A stretch of DNA of 64,000 bases from Anolis carolinensis (lineage: Eukaryota): positions 166,238,897-166,302,896 of the forward strand of contig NC_085845.1 of assembly GCF_035594765.1 (NCBI RefSeq), given 5' to 3'. Both the position numbers and the translations under genes were made by a program. Within the stretch, counting starts at the first letter, position 1, and every line of letters starts with the position of its first letter. This document shows positions 1 through 58,650 of this stretch, piece after piece. Below the pieces are notes generated by a model. It searched no databases, was not told the origin of the DNA, and was given only the letters and a program-made list of their open reading frames with translations.

Positions 1-1389
1 GGCCATGGGATTATAACAATTATTTCTGAGTTTCAGTTTTAATTAATCTGAAAATAGATAGTGAAGTCAAATTTTAATGTACTGAACATCTGTCAGACAA
101 ATGGAAATACTTAAAACAAATTACCATACATTTAATTTTGGTTATTTTAATCTGATTTTTTAAAAATAAATTAATGAAGCTGCCCTCCATATATTATGGC
201 TTTTATATGGTGCACATTTCTGGCAACCACAAGAGGTACCCTAATATATGATACAAATCAGATTGAACTTTCAAAGATATGCCGGGAAAAGATAGATACA
301 TTTAAAATAAATCAGAAAGTAGTAGCAAAATAGGGATTTTCCTCTATTTCTTCAAAACTAAAAATGTATTTTGAGTGAAATTTGGTGTTTTTTTTTTAAG
401 GTTTCCATTCCAACAAAGTGGTTCACTGCATCACCTCTTTCTCACTTAGAACATCTGAACTTACGGTGGCTACTGATTCTTGGTATAGAAGATTTTGAGA
501 GTTACATAAGAACTTAATTCCTTCTACCTTGTCCCCAGCTAGCACGTAAATTTGGTGACTCAACCACTGATCCATGATCCTATGGCTATAATATGTACTT
601 TATAAAGATCACCTTAAAATTCCTTCCCTTTTATCTGTAGAAAAGCCTTTCTGAAGCGTCATCTCAACAAAATCTCAACAGTATAGTGATTTGTGAAACC
701 TCTGATGTGAAATAGGCTTAAATGCTTTTGAAAACTACAGGAGAAGTTGAAGCAGCTCACTTCATTTCATAAGTTACTACTACATTCAGATATTCCCTGC
801 AGATCAAAAGCTTAGGTCTCCATATTTGAAGTCTTAAAACTATGAGACATTTCTGTATGGAGTTCTAGCAGGTTTAGATCTAAATTGAGAGCAGTCAGTC
901 TAATACAATACTTAGAACAAGTTCAGTATCATTGCATATATAAGTCACTAGGCATTGCTGTTTAATTATAATCACTAGAAAGCAAAGATTTGGGGTAAAA
1001 TTTTGTGCAACTTGTAAAACATACCAGGAAATATTTGATTAACTTTTGTAAATTCAGACTTTAAAAATAGAAGTTATTTTCCCATGTTGAGTCCAATTCT
1101 GTTGATTTGGGGCGGGGTTATTAAGTTGGCTAGGAGGCATTGTTAAGTACCATCATAATAGGAGGGCTCTAAGAAAATGTTTCCATATTCAAATGTCTGA
1201 AATTCTGCCCACAAACCATTTGAGCATGGTTTTACATACTGGGTCCTGTTACGCAAAATAGTTATTTCTTGGAACTTTCTTCTAGAGGATTTATACTCCA
1301 TTTTAATAAATTTCAACCTAATGTTGTACTTGCATGATATTGTAATTAACAACTGTTCTCAGGTTGTTTTTTTATTATACTATATCTCC

Positions 1390-2215
1390 ATAGTCTCAAA
1401 CCATGTCTTATAGACTCATGGCTGTGGCTTCCTTGATACAGTCTATTCATATGGAATGTGGGTTTTTTTGTTGTTGGATTCTGGCTTATCAGGCTTTATT
1501 ATCTTTTCTGATAAGTCATGTCTTCTTGTGATATGGCCAAAATGCAATCGTTTCTGTTTAGTCATCTAGGCTTTTAGAAAGAGTGCCGACTTAATTGCTC
1601 TAGGAGTCATTTATTTGTTTTTTTTTTACATTTCATGGGATCCAATTCTTCTCCAATTCTTCTTCCAGTAGCACATGAGTTGATTTTTCCCCCTATCAGC
1701 TTTCTTCACTGTCCAGCTTTCACAAACATTCATTGAAATTGGAAACACGATAGCATGGAAAATCCTAACTTTGGTATTCGATTATACATCTTTAGACTTC
1801 TGAATCTCATTGAGTTCCCTCATAAGTGCTCCTCCTTTTGACTGCAGTCCCCACTCCGATTAATGACTGAACCAAGATATGGAAAATATTTAAATAATAT
1901 AGTGTCGTCATAGTTTCTTTTAAATTTATTTTTAAAACCGTGGTTGTTATTTTTGTTTTTTAACGTTCAACTGCCTTTGCCTTTCTTCCTTCAGTAATTA
2001 TTCCTTCAGTAATTATTCCAAATCTTTGCTGTTTTCTGCAAATAGTGTGGTAGCATCTGAACATCTTAAACTTGTTGAAATTCCTTCCTCCAATGTGTAT
2101 GCCCCTTTCCTCCAATTCTAATCCTGCTTTATATAGGGTATGTTCAGCATACGACGTAAACAGGATGATAAAATGCAGCCTTTCCTAACACTCTTGCCAG
2201 TTGGAAACTGTATTC
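1390..2215 (-). mobile_element. Degenerate RTE (BovB-like) LINE fragment
   Basis: Minus-strand relics GKSVRKGCILS..., SWTVKKADR.KINS, and FGHITRRHDL.EK. Confidence 0.75.
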
Positions 2216-2562
2216 TGCTTTGCCACTAGCCTCTTATCCTTTAATTTTATTGTTTGTGGAAAGCTCATATCAGAAAAGTCATGTAAGTCTGCTTCAGGAA
2301 AGACCAGTTCAGCAGCTTGTCAAGTCCTGCTGTTTGGCTATCGTGGAGCTGTCCATGGTCCAGCTTCTGATTCACTATACTGTGCACTGCCTATAAAGTG
2401 GGTTGTGGCCTCAAAAAGATAGATTCAGTCCTCTCATGTTGCTAGAAATTTTAATGCATTGCTTTGACTTTCTGTTTTAATATTTAATTTTAATATTTAA
2501 TGTTTTAACTTTTAAATTATATAATTATTTTCAAAATTTTATATTTATACTTTTTTTCAGTA

Positions 2563-2896
2563 CAGTAGAGTTCCAGTTATCTGACTTCCGGTTATCAGAT
2601 CTACCGTATTATCTGACATGCGACCCAGGGTGCTTGCTGGAGGGACGAGATGTGGCTGGAGCAGACTTTCCCTCCTGGCAAGCACCCGGCACTTTGGAGA
2701 AGCCCACTACATGTTGCTAGACAGCAACATGCGGCGGGCTTCTCTAACCTGGTTGCTTGCCAGGAGGGATGAGGCTTTTCCCTCCTGGCAAGCACCCGGC
2801 TTGCCGGGATGGATAATAAGGCCTCCCTATTATCCAAAGTTTCATTTATCTGACATTTGGCCCGCCCGTTTATGTCGGATAACCAGAACTCTGCTG
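2563..2896. mobile_element. Tc/mariner (Tigger-like) MITE
   Basis: TA|CAGTAGAGTTCCAGTTATCTGAC...GTCGGATAACCAGAACTCTGCTG|TA. Confidence 0.88.
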
Positions 2897-5049
2897 TATC
2901 TTTGCAGCTCCATTGATTTGCATTGGGAAATAGAAACAGATTTTTTGTTAATCAAGTTCATGAAGTTTGGCAACATTTGAATCCCTTCAAGTAGATAAAT
3001 CCATAAACAAAGTTGATAAACCTTACCAAATTGCAGACAAGTGGTTCCAGAGCTTTGTGTACTAGCCAAAATAACATTTTAAATCAACTTCACTGATTAT
3101 TTCCAATATATTAAAAACCATAGAAATACACATTTGGCTACCAACATAGAAATAATAAGAAAAGTGAAAACTGTTGAAAACAATCCCACAATACATTTTG
3201 AAAGAAGATTTTAAATGGTATCTAGGGGGGCTCAAAATATTTTTGTTTGCTTATCAAGACTTAATCAACCTGATTGTTTTATTTTATATGTGCATATTGT
3301 TCGTTTTGAATAAAAGGCTTGCTAAAATATATTGTACAGTGTGCATGTAATTTTGGAATCTATACGTACTTCATGTTATTTGTTATTTGTTTTTCAGTGA
3401 AAGAAGTAAGTCCAGGAACACATCTGCTTTCTTAACTGAGATATACTTGTGAACATGCTAAAAATAGGTGCTGTTGTGATATGCAAATGTACAACAATGC
3501 ATTTATTTAAGGTGAGTTTTGACTTACTTGTGGGAGCCATCCCATGGTATTTGCTAAAAGCATCCAAGATTGAACCTACCTATAATTAAGTCCCTTCATA
3601 TTCTTGGCAGTTAATGGTGGAGAGAAATAAAAGGTAAATGAGATGAACTTTTAAAGTGAAACAGGTGTTCTCATCATATATGCCATCATCACGTAAGTCA
3701 GTGTGTACACTGGGACTCCAAACAGCTTAATGAGGATGCTCAGAAGGCAAACAAGCAATAGCTGCCAGTAGGTGGTACCGGAAGAAAAGTAATAACAATC
3801 AAGAGAAACAGCAGTGCAAAGCAGTTCCTTTTCCTATTCCTTAGTGATAATTTAAGCTATTAACCTAAATAAACCTAAAGGTGTCTGTCTGGGTTTATTG
3901 ACTACCTCTGTGAATTGCAAGAGCGGAAGAAAGTCTTCTACTCTTGCAGAATATAATTTCAATTACATCTTCTACAAACATGTTATGTTACTACTACATT
4001 AAAAATGTATTGCAATTTGTCATACCCTACACCTTTCTCATGCCAACTGCCTGGAACTGTTTTTTTTAAAGACATTAAATGCTTATATCTGGGATTTGGA
4101 AATTTTCCAAGTAAGCAGAATTAAATAATATTTCTACCATAAATATAACTCCTCTTCACAGCTTTATTATTTGGAAATAACACAAAAATTCTAATGCTGC
4201 TGAAGATAAATTCAGGTCAGTTTTAAAAGTAGTGATCAAACTTTCTTTTTTGCATCTGGAAGATGAATGTGCTCACTACAGAACTGTATTTGAATATGCA
4301 TGTTATTTCTGGATGGTTCTCTTTGTCATATTGACCACATTCAAAATAGGGCTCATTCTGGAGTGAAAGTATTAACAGAATCACTTCTGAAAATATTTTG
4401 TTGATGAAATACAAAAAGCTATTGCCAACAACACAATTGCCTGCCAGAAGATAGATACACAAGTTCTTTATGGCTTCCAAATGCATCTGAAAACCTCTCC
4501 TTGACCTTCAGTTTCATCATGACCTTTGTAACTTGAACACATGGAAAACAATCACTTGATAAGTTCTACTAGATTATCAACAACTTCCATGATGCCATCG
4601 ACGTGATCCTGTAACAATCCACATAACAAATTCACTTTTTTGAGGTACAACTGCACAATGGGCTAAGTACTACACTATCAGAAGCCTACTAATTTTTACA
4701 CATATTTGCATGCCCCCGGTTTCTACACAGAATCCATTTCTGTTGCGTACACTCTGAAACAATCACATTAGATCAAATGAGACCCACAGGGCAGAGAGTC
4801 ACAACTCTTTGATTTACAACAGACATTTCTCAAACTACAATACTGACTAAGGAAGATGAATTAACAAATTGACAAAGTAATATTAATACCTAGAAATCTT
4901 TACTACAAGACAGATCAAAACCACAAAATAGAAGCAGACTCCTAAATGTCACCTCCAGCCCCCAGGTGAGATCACTTAATCACATCATGAGCACATTGCA
5001 ACCAATTTTGGAAAATAACAGTTTTCTCACAAGCTGCAGAATATTCAAT

Positions 5050-8000
5050 TACTACTTACAACAGAATACATAACATGGATGGTAATACAGTGACAAGCCC
5101 CTGCCAAAAACCTAAGGGCAACTCTATTCCCACATCTACTCTGGAGCATTGTTAGATGGGCCAATAACATCACTCTTAACAGCAGATGTACCTTTACTTC
5201 TTTTTCCTCCAAAGAGATATATGCTATCGTCTGCAAGTAATGCTCCTCTACATGCCACACTAGACAAACAGACCATTTTCTCTGCAAGAGGATTAATAGA
5301 CACCAATCTGGCATTAGAATTGGCAGTGCTCAAAAACGTATCTGCCTTCCTGGACACACAGAAACAGATGTCTGGATGTGTGGTCCTTGAACAAAGAAAT
5401 TTCAAAGATAGAAAGAAAAACTGCTGAATCACACTACATTCATAAATTTCAGTCCATTAGCAGTGGTATTAACAAAGACAGTGGTTTTAAGAGTTCTTGT
5501 TACTGCACAGATAAAGGGAATCTTGGAGTTTTGAAACTGACTTTTGGTAAGATTTTTTGGTTTTACACATCCATACTAATTGACCACTTGCCATTTACAG
5601 GCAAACTACAGTTCAGAAAATAAAAGACTAGCAACTTTATGTAAGAAAATTTAGTTGATCATAGTGCAACATATGTTGGTAGGTTGAGGAATGTACACAA
5701 TACAGTTATAGGTAAAACAATTCAAATATTCCTTAGGCCTTCAGTCCATTTGTCAAGAAGCACATGAGTCCGCTTGCATAGGTTTCCCCCTCATTGGTCT
5801 ACTTATTCAAAACTACTCAGAAATACCTCACCTTCTCATCATACCAGGTTTGTTAAGGCAATGACTAAACTCCCTTTACAACTGCACATAAATCTATTAG
5901 ATGAGGATAAGCAATTCCAAATATGTCCCAGCAGGTCCAATATGCTTGCAGGTAAAAGCATTGTAAAAGCATAATACCCATTATCCATATAATATATAGC
6001 CAAAAAGAGCAATTTATATACATATATTACAGATGAGGAATAAACCTGGCAGGGCTCATGTTTTTTGAAAAATTGGACTAGATTCCTGATTTGCATCTTT
6101 TTGGACCCTATTTGATAATACCCCATTCCTTCAACTATATAAAGATGTTTTCTAACTAAGGCTGTAGTACTACTTTGTATTGCATTCCAAGAAGTGGGTT
6201 TATATCCATGCAAGCCCCCATTAGCATAGACCCATTGAATAAATGGCATGTTATGTTTAAGTACATGCCATTCAGCATTGATGCAGTTTACCTACCTAGA
6301 CTATGTGGGATGAATCATTGCACCGAGACATTTACATTCCCAGATATTCACAAAGTCTTATAGTCATCTGCCCGTTGGACAACAATCACAGTGGATCCTT
6401 TGTATCTGTTGGGATTTGGTTCCAAGACCACCCCACCCTCGTGGATACCAAAAATCCATAAATGCTCAAGACTCATATACAAAGGTGTAAAATGAAGTCC
6501 CTTATGTGAAATGGCAAAGTTTGCCTTCTGGATTAAAAAAGAAAAACAGTTTTAAAGCTGTGGATAGCTGAATGCAGAATCCATCATTACATGTGGGATC
6601 CAACAAAGTTTTAAATCCCCACTAGATGGAGATGTTGGTGCTCCCTCCAATTTCTTCAGTCTGAAGCAAAATGAAACATATCACCAGCAGATGGTAAAAA
6701 CACGTTTTCAAAATGTTTGAGGCGTTGAGCCAGCTTATGTAGTGCTTTTGTTTGGTTGGAATTTGAATGATGTGTGTTGGTGGCATAAAGCCAAGAAGCT
6801 CACTCACTAAACTTGTAAATAATGGAACACACTATTACGGGTAACATTATGTCACTGTCTAGTTATACAAGAATTTGATAAAATGTAGCTATAACCAGCA
6901 TAAGTCAATTTCCTTATTAACTTTTGCTAGCTAATGCATTCATCTACGTAGAATGGCAAAAGGAGTGGGGTCTTAAAGGTTCACCAGATGATTAAGAATG
7001 TCATGTGACACTGCTTTTTGGATGCAAATGCAATTTTCATGTGGTAGACATCACATTTTCTGTTAAACAACAAATTGTCATTACCAGATTGTGTTTGAGT
7101 ATATTTATCTGGTTTAAGTGATATGATGATTACTGCAATGTATAATCTGATGAGAGATACTTGGGAGCCAGAGTAGTTTTGTCCGTCAGTAACAGAACTT
7201 GTTTAAACTGCTTTATAAAACATGGAGTCTCCCCCTGTTGTGTACTTAGCTTCTTGGTGATTTAGATGGGTTCTAAACTAATATTTTGGACAAAAGACGG
7301 CATTATAATAAACATGCTATCAGTAGTTATTCAAAACTGTTGAGAACTTTAAATTTTTATTTTAATGTCATCTACATTTAATGTCATCTACTGCAACCAT
7401 ATTTGGTTTGGTACTTTTAAAGTTTTGATGTAGCTTCACAGATAAGACCAATGCTCTAGGTGTACTAGTCTGGGGGAAAAGCTCTCTCAGGCACTAACTC
7501 CCCAAAGGATCTTGCAAACTAAAAGTTTTAAACACAATTAATCAGAGTGACTCCAAAAAGGAAATGAAGTGACCTGTTTATAAGTTCGGTACAGGAGATT
7601 TTATTAGTGACAATTTACTGCTTTACTTATTGGACATGCCCAAAGGCTGAGACATAACATATCAGTAGGACACAGTCTATATTAAAAGCCTTAACCATGG
7701 CTTTTAAAATGAGTCAATGGTTTTCTGTAAGGAGTAATAAATCCTTGATGTTCTTACCTTTTAATATCATATATTGCACAGTGATAAAAAAGGTTATATT
7801 GAAAATCAGAAAATTAGGATTTTATTCATCATAATGCCAAGTAAATTCTGTGGATTTTTCAAGTATAGATTAAATACAGTATTCATGCTTGCTATTTTGT
7901 TGGAAATTATTGACAAACAGGATATAAAGCTACCAGGAATGATAGCTGTCAAAAATCATGAAGACAAAGAAATCAGCCTATTTTATGTTGCTTCTTGACT

Positions 8001-8635
8001 TCACCAAGGATAAATACACAGAAAACAACTTACCCATAGATTATTTGCTGTTAATGGGAAAGCAGTATAAGATATATAAACCTCCTAGCATTCCGATTTA
8101 CCCAAAGTAAAATCAAAGATTTGGCAACATATTTGGCATGCTTATGAATACTGAAGATCTAATGTTTTCTCTCTCTCATTTTCACTTACAAAGAATGAAG
8201 CAGTTAGTGCATGTAGTTGTCAATATTTAGCTTGTTTTTAAAGGCAATTGATTTGTTTATAATTTATTTTTTGCAGAAAAATACAGAGATGAAGGAAACC
8301 CTTGATATGGTCACAAGTGACAAGTCAAATTTCCCTAAAATTTGTGATTGTCTCAAAGTATAATGCATATTTGAAGGCCATGTTTAATTCACAAGATTGA
8401 TATAATTTATAAAGCATTTAAAAGGTTTGTTGATGCATCTGGATTTATTTTTAAAAGTTGCACTGAGTGAATTGTCAATCACAAAACATTTTCTGCCTCT
8501 AGGGTATTGAGGTTTTGCAACATGGTTTAGATTATGTATATGGCTTGTGTTTCCTGTCTGTGATGAGAATTTCAATGCCCTTTGAATATGGTCAACCCAC
8601 AAACAGCAGAGTACTTTTCTGCATCTCTCCATCAT
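5050..8635 (-). pseudogene. Putative decayed BTB-BACK-Kelch (KLHL-like) pseudogene
   Basis: Ordered relics on the minus strand, with stops and frameshifts: MLQNLNTL/RQKMFCD (BTB start), LNIDNYMH and NNLWV..W......R...L (BACK), YANGGLHG, HLYIVEG, DKWTE, INPLAEK..LSSV.CRGALLADDSIYLFGG (Kelch). Confidence 0.45.
6389..6590. mobile_element. Degenerate Tigger-like MITE
   Basis: cagtggatcctttgtatc...ttggttccaagacc...gtggataccaaaatcc start; 3' end eroded. Confidence 0.55.
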
Positions 8636-9474
8636 CTGAAGAAAAAAAAGCGGGATTTATTTTATTCTAGTAAATTATATTATATAAAAACAAAATATCA
8701 GTAAGGCCAAAGCACTAGCTGGGACTCTTTTTGTCCAATCTGGTTTTGCTTGTTTTTTTTAGTAGTAGGTGGTAGTGTTTAAAAAAGTCTTTGTGGAAAA
8801 AACGTTATGGAAAAGTCAGGGACCCTGTATGCAACACTGCAAGAGACAGTACCTACTATATTTTAATTCTTGTTCTGTGTAGATCTAGCAACATATACTT
8901 TAGATGTACTAAAGTATTCTGTCCTAATACATAAAGGTTAACATTTCTAATAGCCTTAAGAACTCAAACCTTTCCATTTAATTGGGTATCAAACCTATTA
9001 CATGGTAATTATTTGCTTTAAAATTGTCAGTTTAAATGGTACATTTCTTTTTCCTTGAAATTGCAGTAGAATGTGTAAAAACATAACTCTGATCATTTTT
9101 GGTGCAGTAAGACCAGCATGTTGTCATCTTTCCACTGTGCTCTTTGCTATTTAAAATGTCTATAGCAAGGAAGGACATTAATTGGTGGAGTCAAAATGCC
9201 ACAGTCAAACTGTTTTTATTCTTAACCGTGCAGCAGAGAATAGTGACGCCATAATGACCTAGTCTCAGTGCACTCTGTCACACATTGCATGTCACTGCAA
9301 AAGGAGATAATGCACAATCCACACGTCTGCTGCTCACGTTGCACTAGATTTAAAACATTAAAGCACAAGTAAACAATGAGACAAGTACTGTCTATTCGAT
9401 CTCTATTGTATAACTTTTGTTTTTGATAAATTTTATGAATGCATATAGGGGAATATGAACATTTTACCAGGAGA

Positions 9475-9628
9475 ACATGCTGCCTCAGAGGGTGGTGGAG
9501 TTGCCTTTATTGGAAATTTTAAACAGAGGCTGGATGGCCATTTTTAAGGAGTGTTTTTACTGTGCATTCCTTTATGGCAGGCAATTGGACTGGATGTCCT
9601 TTGTGGCCTTTTCCAGCTCTATAATTCC
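9475..9628 (+). mobile_element. Older CR1 3' fragment
   Basis: [18 protein letters not shown]-like end plus a degenerate CR1 3' UTR (ttggactggatg...ttccagctctataattc). Confidence 0.75.
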
Positions 9629-10487
9629 AAACCAACTAGGCAGGAGTTTGCATTCTTTGTCACTTATTGTTATTAAGACCTCTTCTTTCTTCTGTCAGTT
9701 TTTAATATCCTGCCCAGCAACATGACACAAATTTCTCTTCTCCATTTCAGTCAGGGGTAGGATTAAACATGTAGGCTAAAAATTAAACATGTCTGAAATG
9801 GAAAAGAAGGCAAGAGAGGAGAAAACAGTGATGGAAATTTTAAAAAGTGCAAGCTAAAATAAAAAACAAGAAGCTTTCTCTCCCAGTGATGATCCAGAAG
9901 CTGATTGGAGACGTGGAAAAGTGCACTCCCCCCCCCCCCCAGATGACCACTGTCAAACAGATCTTCGAGGATGTAAAAAAAACAGTCAAGAAAGATATTT
10001 CAGTCCCCAAATGATAATCAGACAGAGGAATTGAAATTAGCTACTGGGAGAAACAGTGGAAAAGAAGATGAGTAAAGACAAGGCGCAGCAAACTGAAAAG
10101 AAAAAAAAGTAATTCAAACTGCTTCAATGGACTTCAACAATGAACAAATTCAACTTAAGAACAAACGTACAGAGCCTATCTTGTTAAGGGACTACCTGTA
10201 CTAATATGATAGATTCACACATGGTTTTGCTCACTGTTAAAAAAAAATGAAGCATATTTTGCATGTGTTTGTATTTTTTATTTATACATTTGTTGCTGTT
10301 TTCAGCTAATTATAATTCAGTCTTTTTACAACTCATAATTTAAAATGACATTTTACATTGTATGGAATTTTACCAACTCAATAGAGCGATTAACAATTAA
10401 ATGTGTAATGTACAGCTAGATTACACTTTTTACAAAAATAAAATGTTTAAATATTGTACCAGATCGAGAGTAAGAGAATTTCACTGA

Positions 10488-10649
10488 GGCCCCATCGACA
10501 CTGCCGTTATAATGCAGGATGAGCTGCTTTATATGATCAGTGTAGACATATAATCTAGTTCAGTGCAAGTAAATTGTATTATATGATGAGTCTACACTGA
10601 CCATATAATGCAGTTCAATCTGTGTTATAATGGCAGTGTAGATGGGGCC
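10488..10649. mobile_element. Palindromic PIF/Harbinger-like MITE
   Basis: TGA|GGCCCCATCGACACTGCC...GGCAGTGTAGATGGGGCC|TGA with a 3-bp TSD. Confidence 0.85.
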
Positions 10650-11126
10650 TGAGTTTGAGTAAGCACTATGGCTACAAATGACCAATAATAATTACTGAAA
10701 GCAAACCCTGATCTAATAATGATTCTTTATTTTACAAGTCACTGCCTGGATGATTGGGCAGCTCTCCAATGGCCTAAGATAATGTATAAAGATGAACAGA
10801 ACATTAACATGGCTTCTGCACAGCTAGAATTTTTCCCCATTTTTAGCAACATAAATCTTTTCCAAAAACCTATGAGTAGTTCCAGTGTATTAACACATCT
10901 TGAAGATCTGTGCATGATACAGGAGACACTTCCCCAGGCAAGTTACACTGTTTTTTAGACCAGTCTCTGAAGGGTTACATCACATTTTACTAGCAATAGC
11001 AGACAATTTATAACTAAATGTCTTTATAGTGCAAAGTTCATCTCCCCCACATAGTATTTTTCTTCTAACAACAAAACAGTTTAATCTTCACAAATGAAGA
11101 TACCCTATTGATAACACATGGTACAT

Positions 11127-11140
11127 TTTATTCATTTATT
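11127..11140 (-). terminator. Candidate tandem polyadenylation signals of BLTP3B
   Basis: Minus strand reads AATAAATGAATAAA about 215 nt after the stop. Another AATAAA is at 11329-11334. The actual 3' end is unknown. Confidence 0.4.
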
Positions 11141-11353
11141 CATGCCACCATCTATTAAACAAATTAGTAACATATAATAAAAAGTTATATTCGCTGCGTC
11201 ACTGCAGCTTAAAGCAAGTCTAAAAGAGAAAAAAAAAACCATTGTAATTCTTTGTTGATGTCCCTATAAGAACAATATAGTACGGAAATTTTGTTCTGAG
11301 CTCAAGTTAAAAATGAAACGCATCCCTTTTTATTCTACAGTACACGTGTTCTG

Positions 11354-55697
<44,344 letters not shown>

Positions 55698-58650
55698 CTA
55701 AAATAGAAAACACATTAACTCGGGTGTTACTTCATTAAAAAGTCATTATTAATGTTAAAATATATAAATAAATAATCTTTACCAATTTTAATTTGAAGAT
55801 TACATTTTGAAAAGGGACCCTGAATGTATAGATTAAATATTAAAATATTATCATTTTACTATTATTACACATGTATATAATTCTATTATTATTTTTATCT
55901 TGCTGTGTCCTTTAGGCTCAGAATCTTTTATTTTTTCCATCTTTACAAGAACCCTTATTACAGTAAACATGTGTGAAAGGTCCACTTCAGAAACCCTAAG
56001 GTTCATAGCTGACAGAGGATTTGAATGTGTCTGTATCTGGTCTTCTCCAAATCTTTGGTCCTTGCCACTGGTGATAACAGTGTGTTTATTAACATTCCTA
56101 CAGTTAAAACAAGTACTTAATGGAAGTTGTTTTGCTGTGCTTAGGTTTCCACTCAACTGCTGGAAAACTAGATGGTAACTTGCCAACACTCCTTGCTTTA
56201 CTAACAATACGAAATAAAGGAGGGAAACCACAATTTGGAGTCAAACATCGTACGAAGCAGGCAGTACAAAGTATTTGTCTCACAAGCCACTCCTAAACCA
56301 AAACCAAAATTCTGCTAAATAAAACTCCATACTCTGTGAATGGATGTATTCCAATGATGACACTTCACAGATATGCAATATCCTACTTGTTTATAGTTTC
56401 AGGGATGAAATTTCCTGACTTTAAAAAAATTCTTGTTTATTCTACAGTCAAAAGGAAATAATCCAGTTTCCTTTTAGACTGTTTCAGCTTTCTGGGGGGG
56501 AAAAAAAAACAACCCACATTCAGTCATTACAACAGTACATAGTCTCCAATAGTCCTACTACTGTTTTGTTGCTACTGTCATCCTTAAGAGCTAGCAATAC
56601 TAAGTTCGTTTCTTTTCTGAAAGGAAAAAATGGCTTTATTACTTTCACCATCAAAGGAAATATGCTTTGAATATCAGTTACTGGAGACCATGATCTAGTC
56701 CTATTGCCTTCATGTCATCCAGTGAGCTTAACATGGGGAGTTTTTAAGCCATTATGGAAACAGAATAAGACTATTTTATTTATTTATTTCATAACTCACT
56801 TGTGTGAACAGTTTATTCTACTCGTAACCAATACTATTAAATGTCAATTCAGTACTTTTGAAGAATAAAGGAAGACTATGTGATTTTAATTTTAAAAGTG
56901 TAATTTTCATTATTATTTACTTCTAAATATATATTCACACTACAGAGTGGGGAAGCATAGTCAAGGAACAGGAGCATCTTCGATACGGAAATTCAAAATA
57001 TTTCAAAAAGATGATAGAGTTAGAGATGCCTTTGCATTCTGAAGGCTCTATGTACATAAACTTTGTTTCATGCATAAAATTATTTTAAAATGTTGTGTAC
57101 AGTATACAATTCCCTTCAAAATCCAAAACATTTCTGATCTTGAGTATTTCAGATAAGAGATACCCATCCTGCAACTGTGTTTACTATTTCTTGCAAGTAT
57201 AAATATGACTCTCAAATTTTAATGAGAACAGATCTCTATTTTCCATTACATTACTTGTATGTACTTTTCTAGATACTCTTAATAACTAAGTTTTAAATAG
57301 GCGTATAAGTATATAAATCTCTAGTGTTCCTACCAGAGGTATAAACACAATTTCATGAGCCTTCTCTAGAAAATAAAGGTACTGTTTCATAATGAGTAGT
57401 GTGATGGGAGGCTTGCATTCCATGCTGACATGATCACTACATATTTTCTTTTAAACAGGTTAACTAGTTTCCTCTCCATTTCCATTTGCTTCTTTGCATT
57501 CCTCTAATATGTTCTTCTTGTGTGCCTTCTGAAAGTCTTCTTTATCAGGGCTACTTTACTTTTTTGGGGCTAATTTTACAACCATAGTTCTATCCCATTA
57601 TAGAGCAGAGATGCTGTGGAGATACTATGGGCCCCATGTATTTGTGTTCCAACTTTAAAAAAAACACTGGCCTGTACAGTATTTTTAAAAACGTGTGTTT
57701 TGCTGCTAAGTAACATACAATTTTTATTGGCAGGATTTTTAATGAAAACGTTGCCTATTTCAAACTTTCTACTAAGTGAGCTGCCTTCTGAGAACTAAAT
57801 ACAAGGGATGTATGACTTGTTATTAAATGAAATAAAATATTAATGTCTTGAATTGGCTGTACTTTGCTGATTCATTGCTAGCGTGTTTCCCCGAAAATAA
57901 GACCTCCCCAAAGAATAAGACCTAGCAGGGGTTTGGGGGGATTGCCAAATATAAGGCCTCCCCTGAAAGTAAGACCTAGCAACTAAGGCTGCAGCAGAGT
58001 TCCATTGGGAAGCATGGCTGCAGGGCAGAAGCAGCACTCATTCATACACCGGAGGGAGGGAGGTGCTTGCTTTCTGTGCCTCCCTCCCTCCCTCCCTCCC
58101 TGCCTTGCCTTTCCTGTTTCCCCAGCCACGGCTTGAAAAACCTTCCATGGCTGCTGCTGCGCTGCCGTTTCTTCCTTCCTTCCGTCTCCCTCCTGGCCAT
58201 GCTGCCTTCGCCCCCAAGGCTTCTGATTGGCTCCTGGAGCCCAGGCAAGGGAGGGTGGGAGGGAAGGAAGGAAGAGGGCTTTCCACTCCTCCCCAAGGCT
58301 TCGCTCCTTAAAGGTACAGGATGCATTGGGATTCTCCTCTCATCCTTATTCCTATCCTATGCCATGAAACTGATTATTTTATACTATTATTCTATTACCA
58401 TATTATTATCATCATATTCTGTTACTATTATTATATCCCATTATTATATTATCCTATTAATATATTTTAAATCATTATATTATATTTTTCTATTATTATT
58501 ATATCATTATATTATTATTTTATTATTATTCTATTATATTTTCATATTATTATATTATTATTCTGTTATTATTAAATTCCATTTTATATTACCCTATTAA
58601 TATATTTTATATCATTATATTCTATACTATTATTCTATTATATTATCATA

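Noticed and set aside
4555-4612. Terminal-exon-like ttacag|DHVDGIMEVVDNLVELIK-stop on the minus strand
   Set aside because: Too short, with no recognised homology and no linkable upstream exon.
58067-58600. 177-aa hydrophobic ORF that looks like a membrane protein
   Set aside because: Translation of a (TAT)n low-complexity tract inside a non-autonomous transposon.
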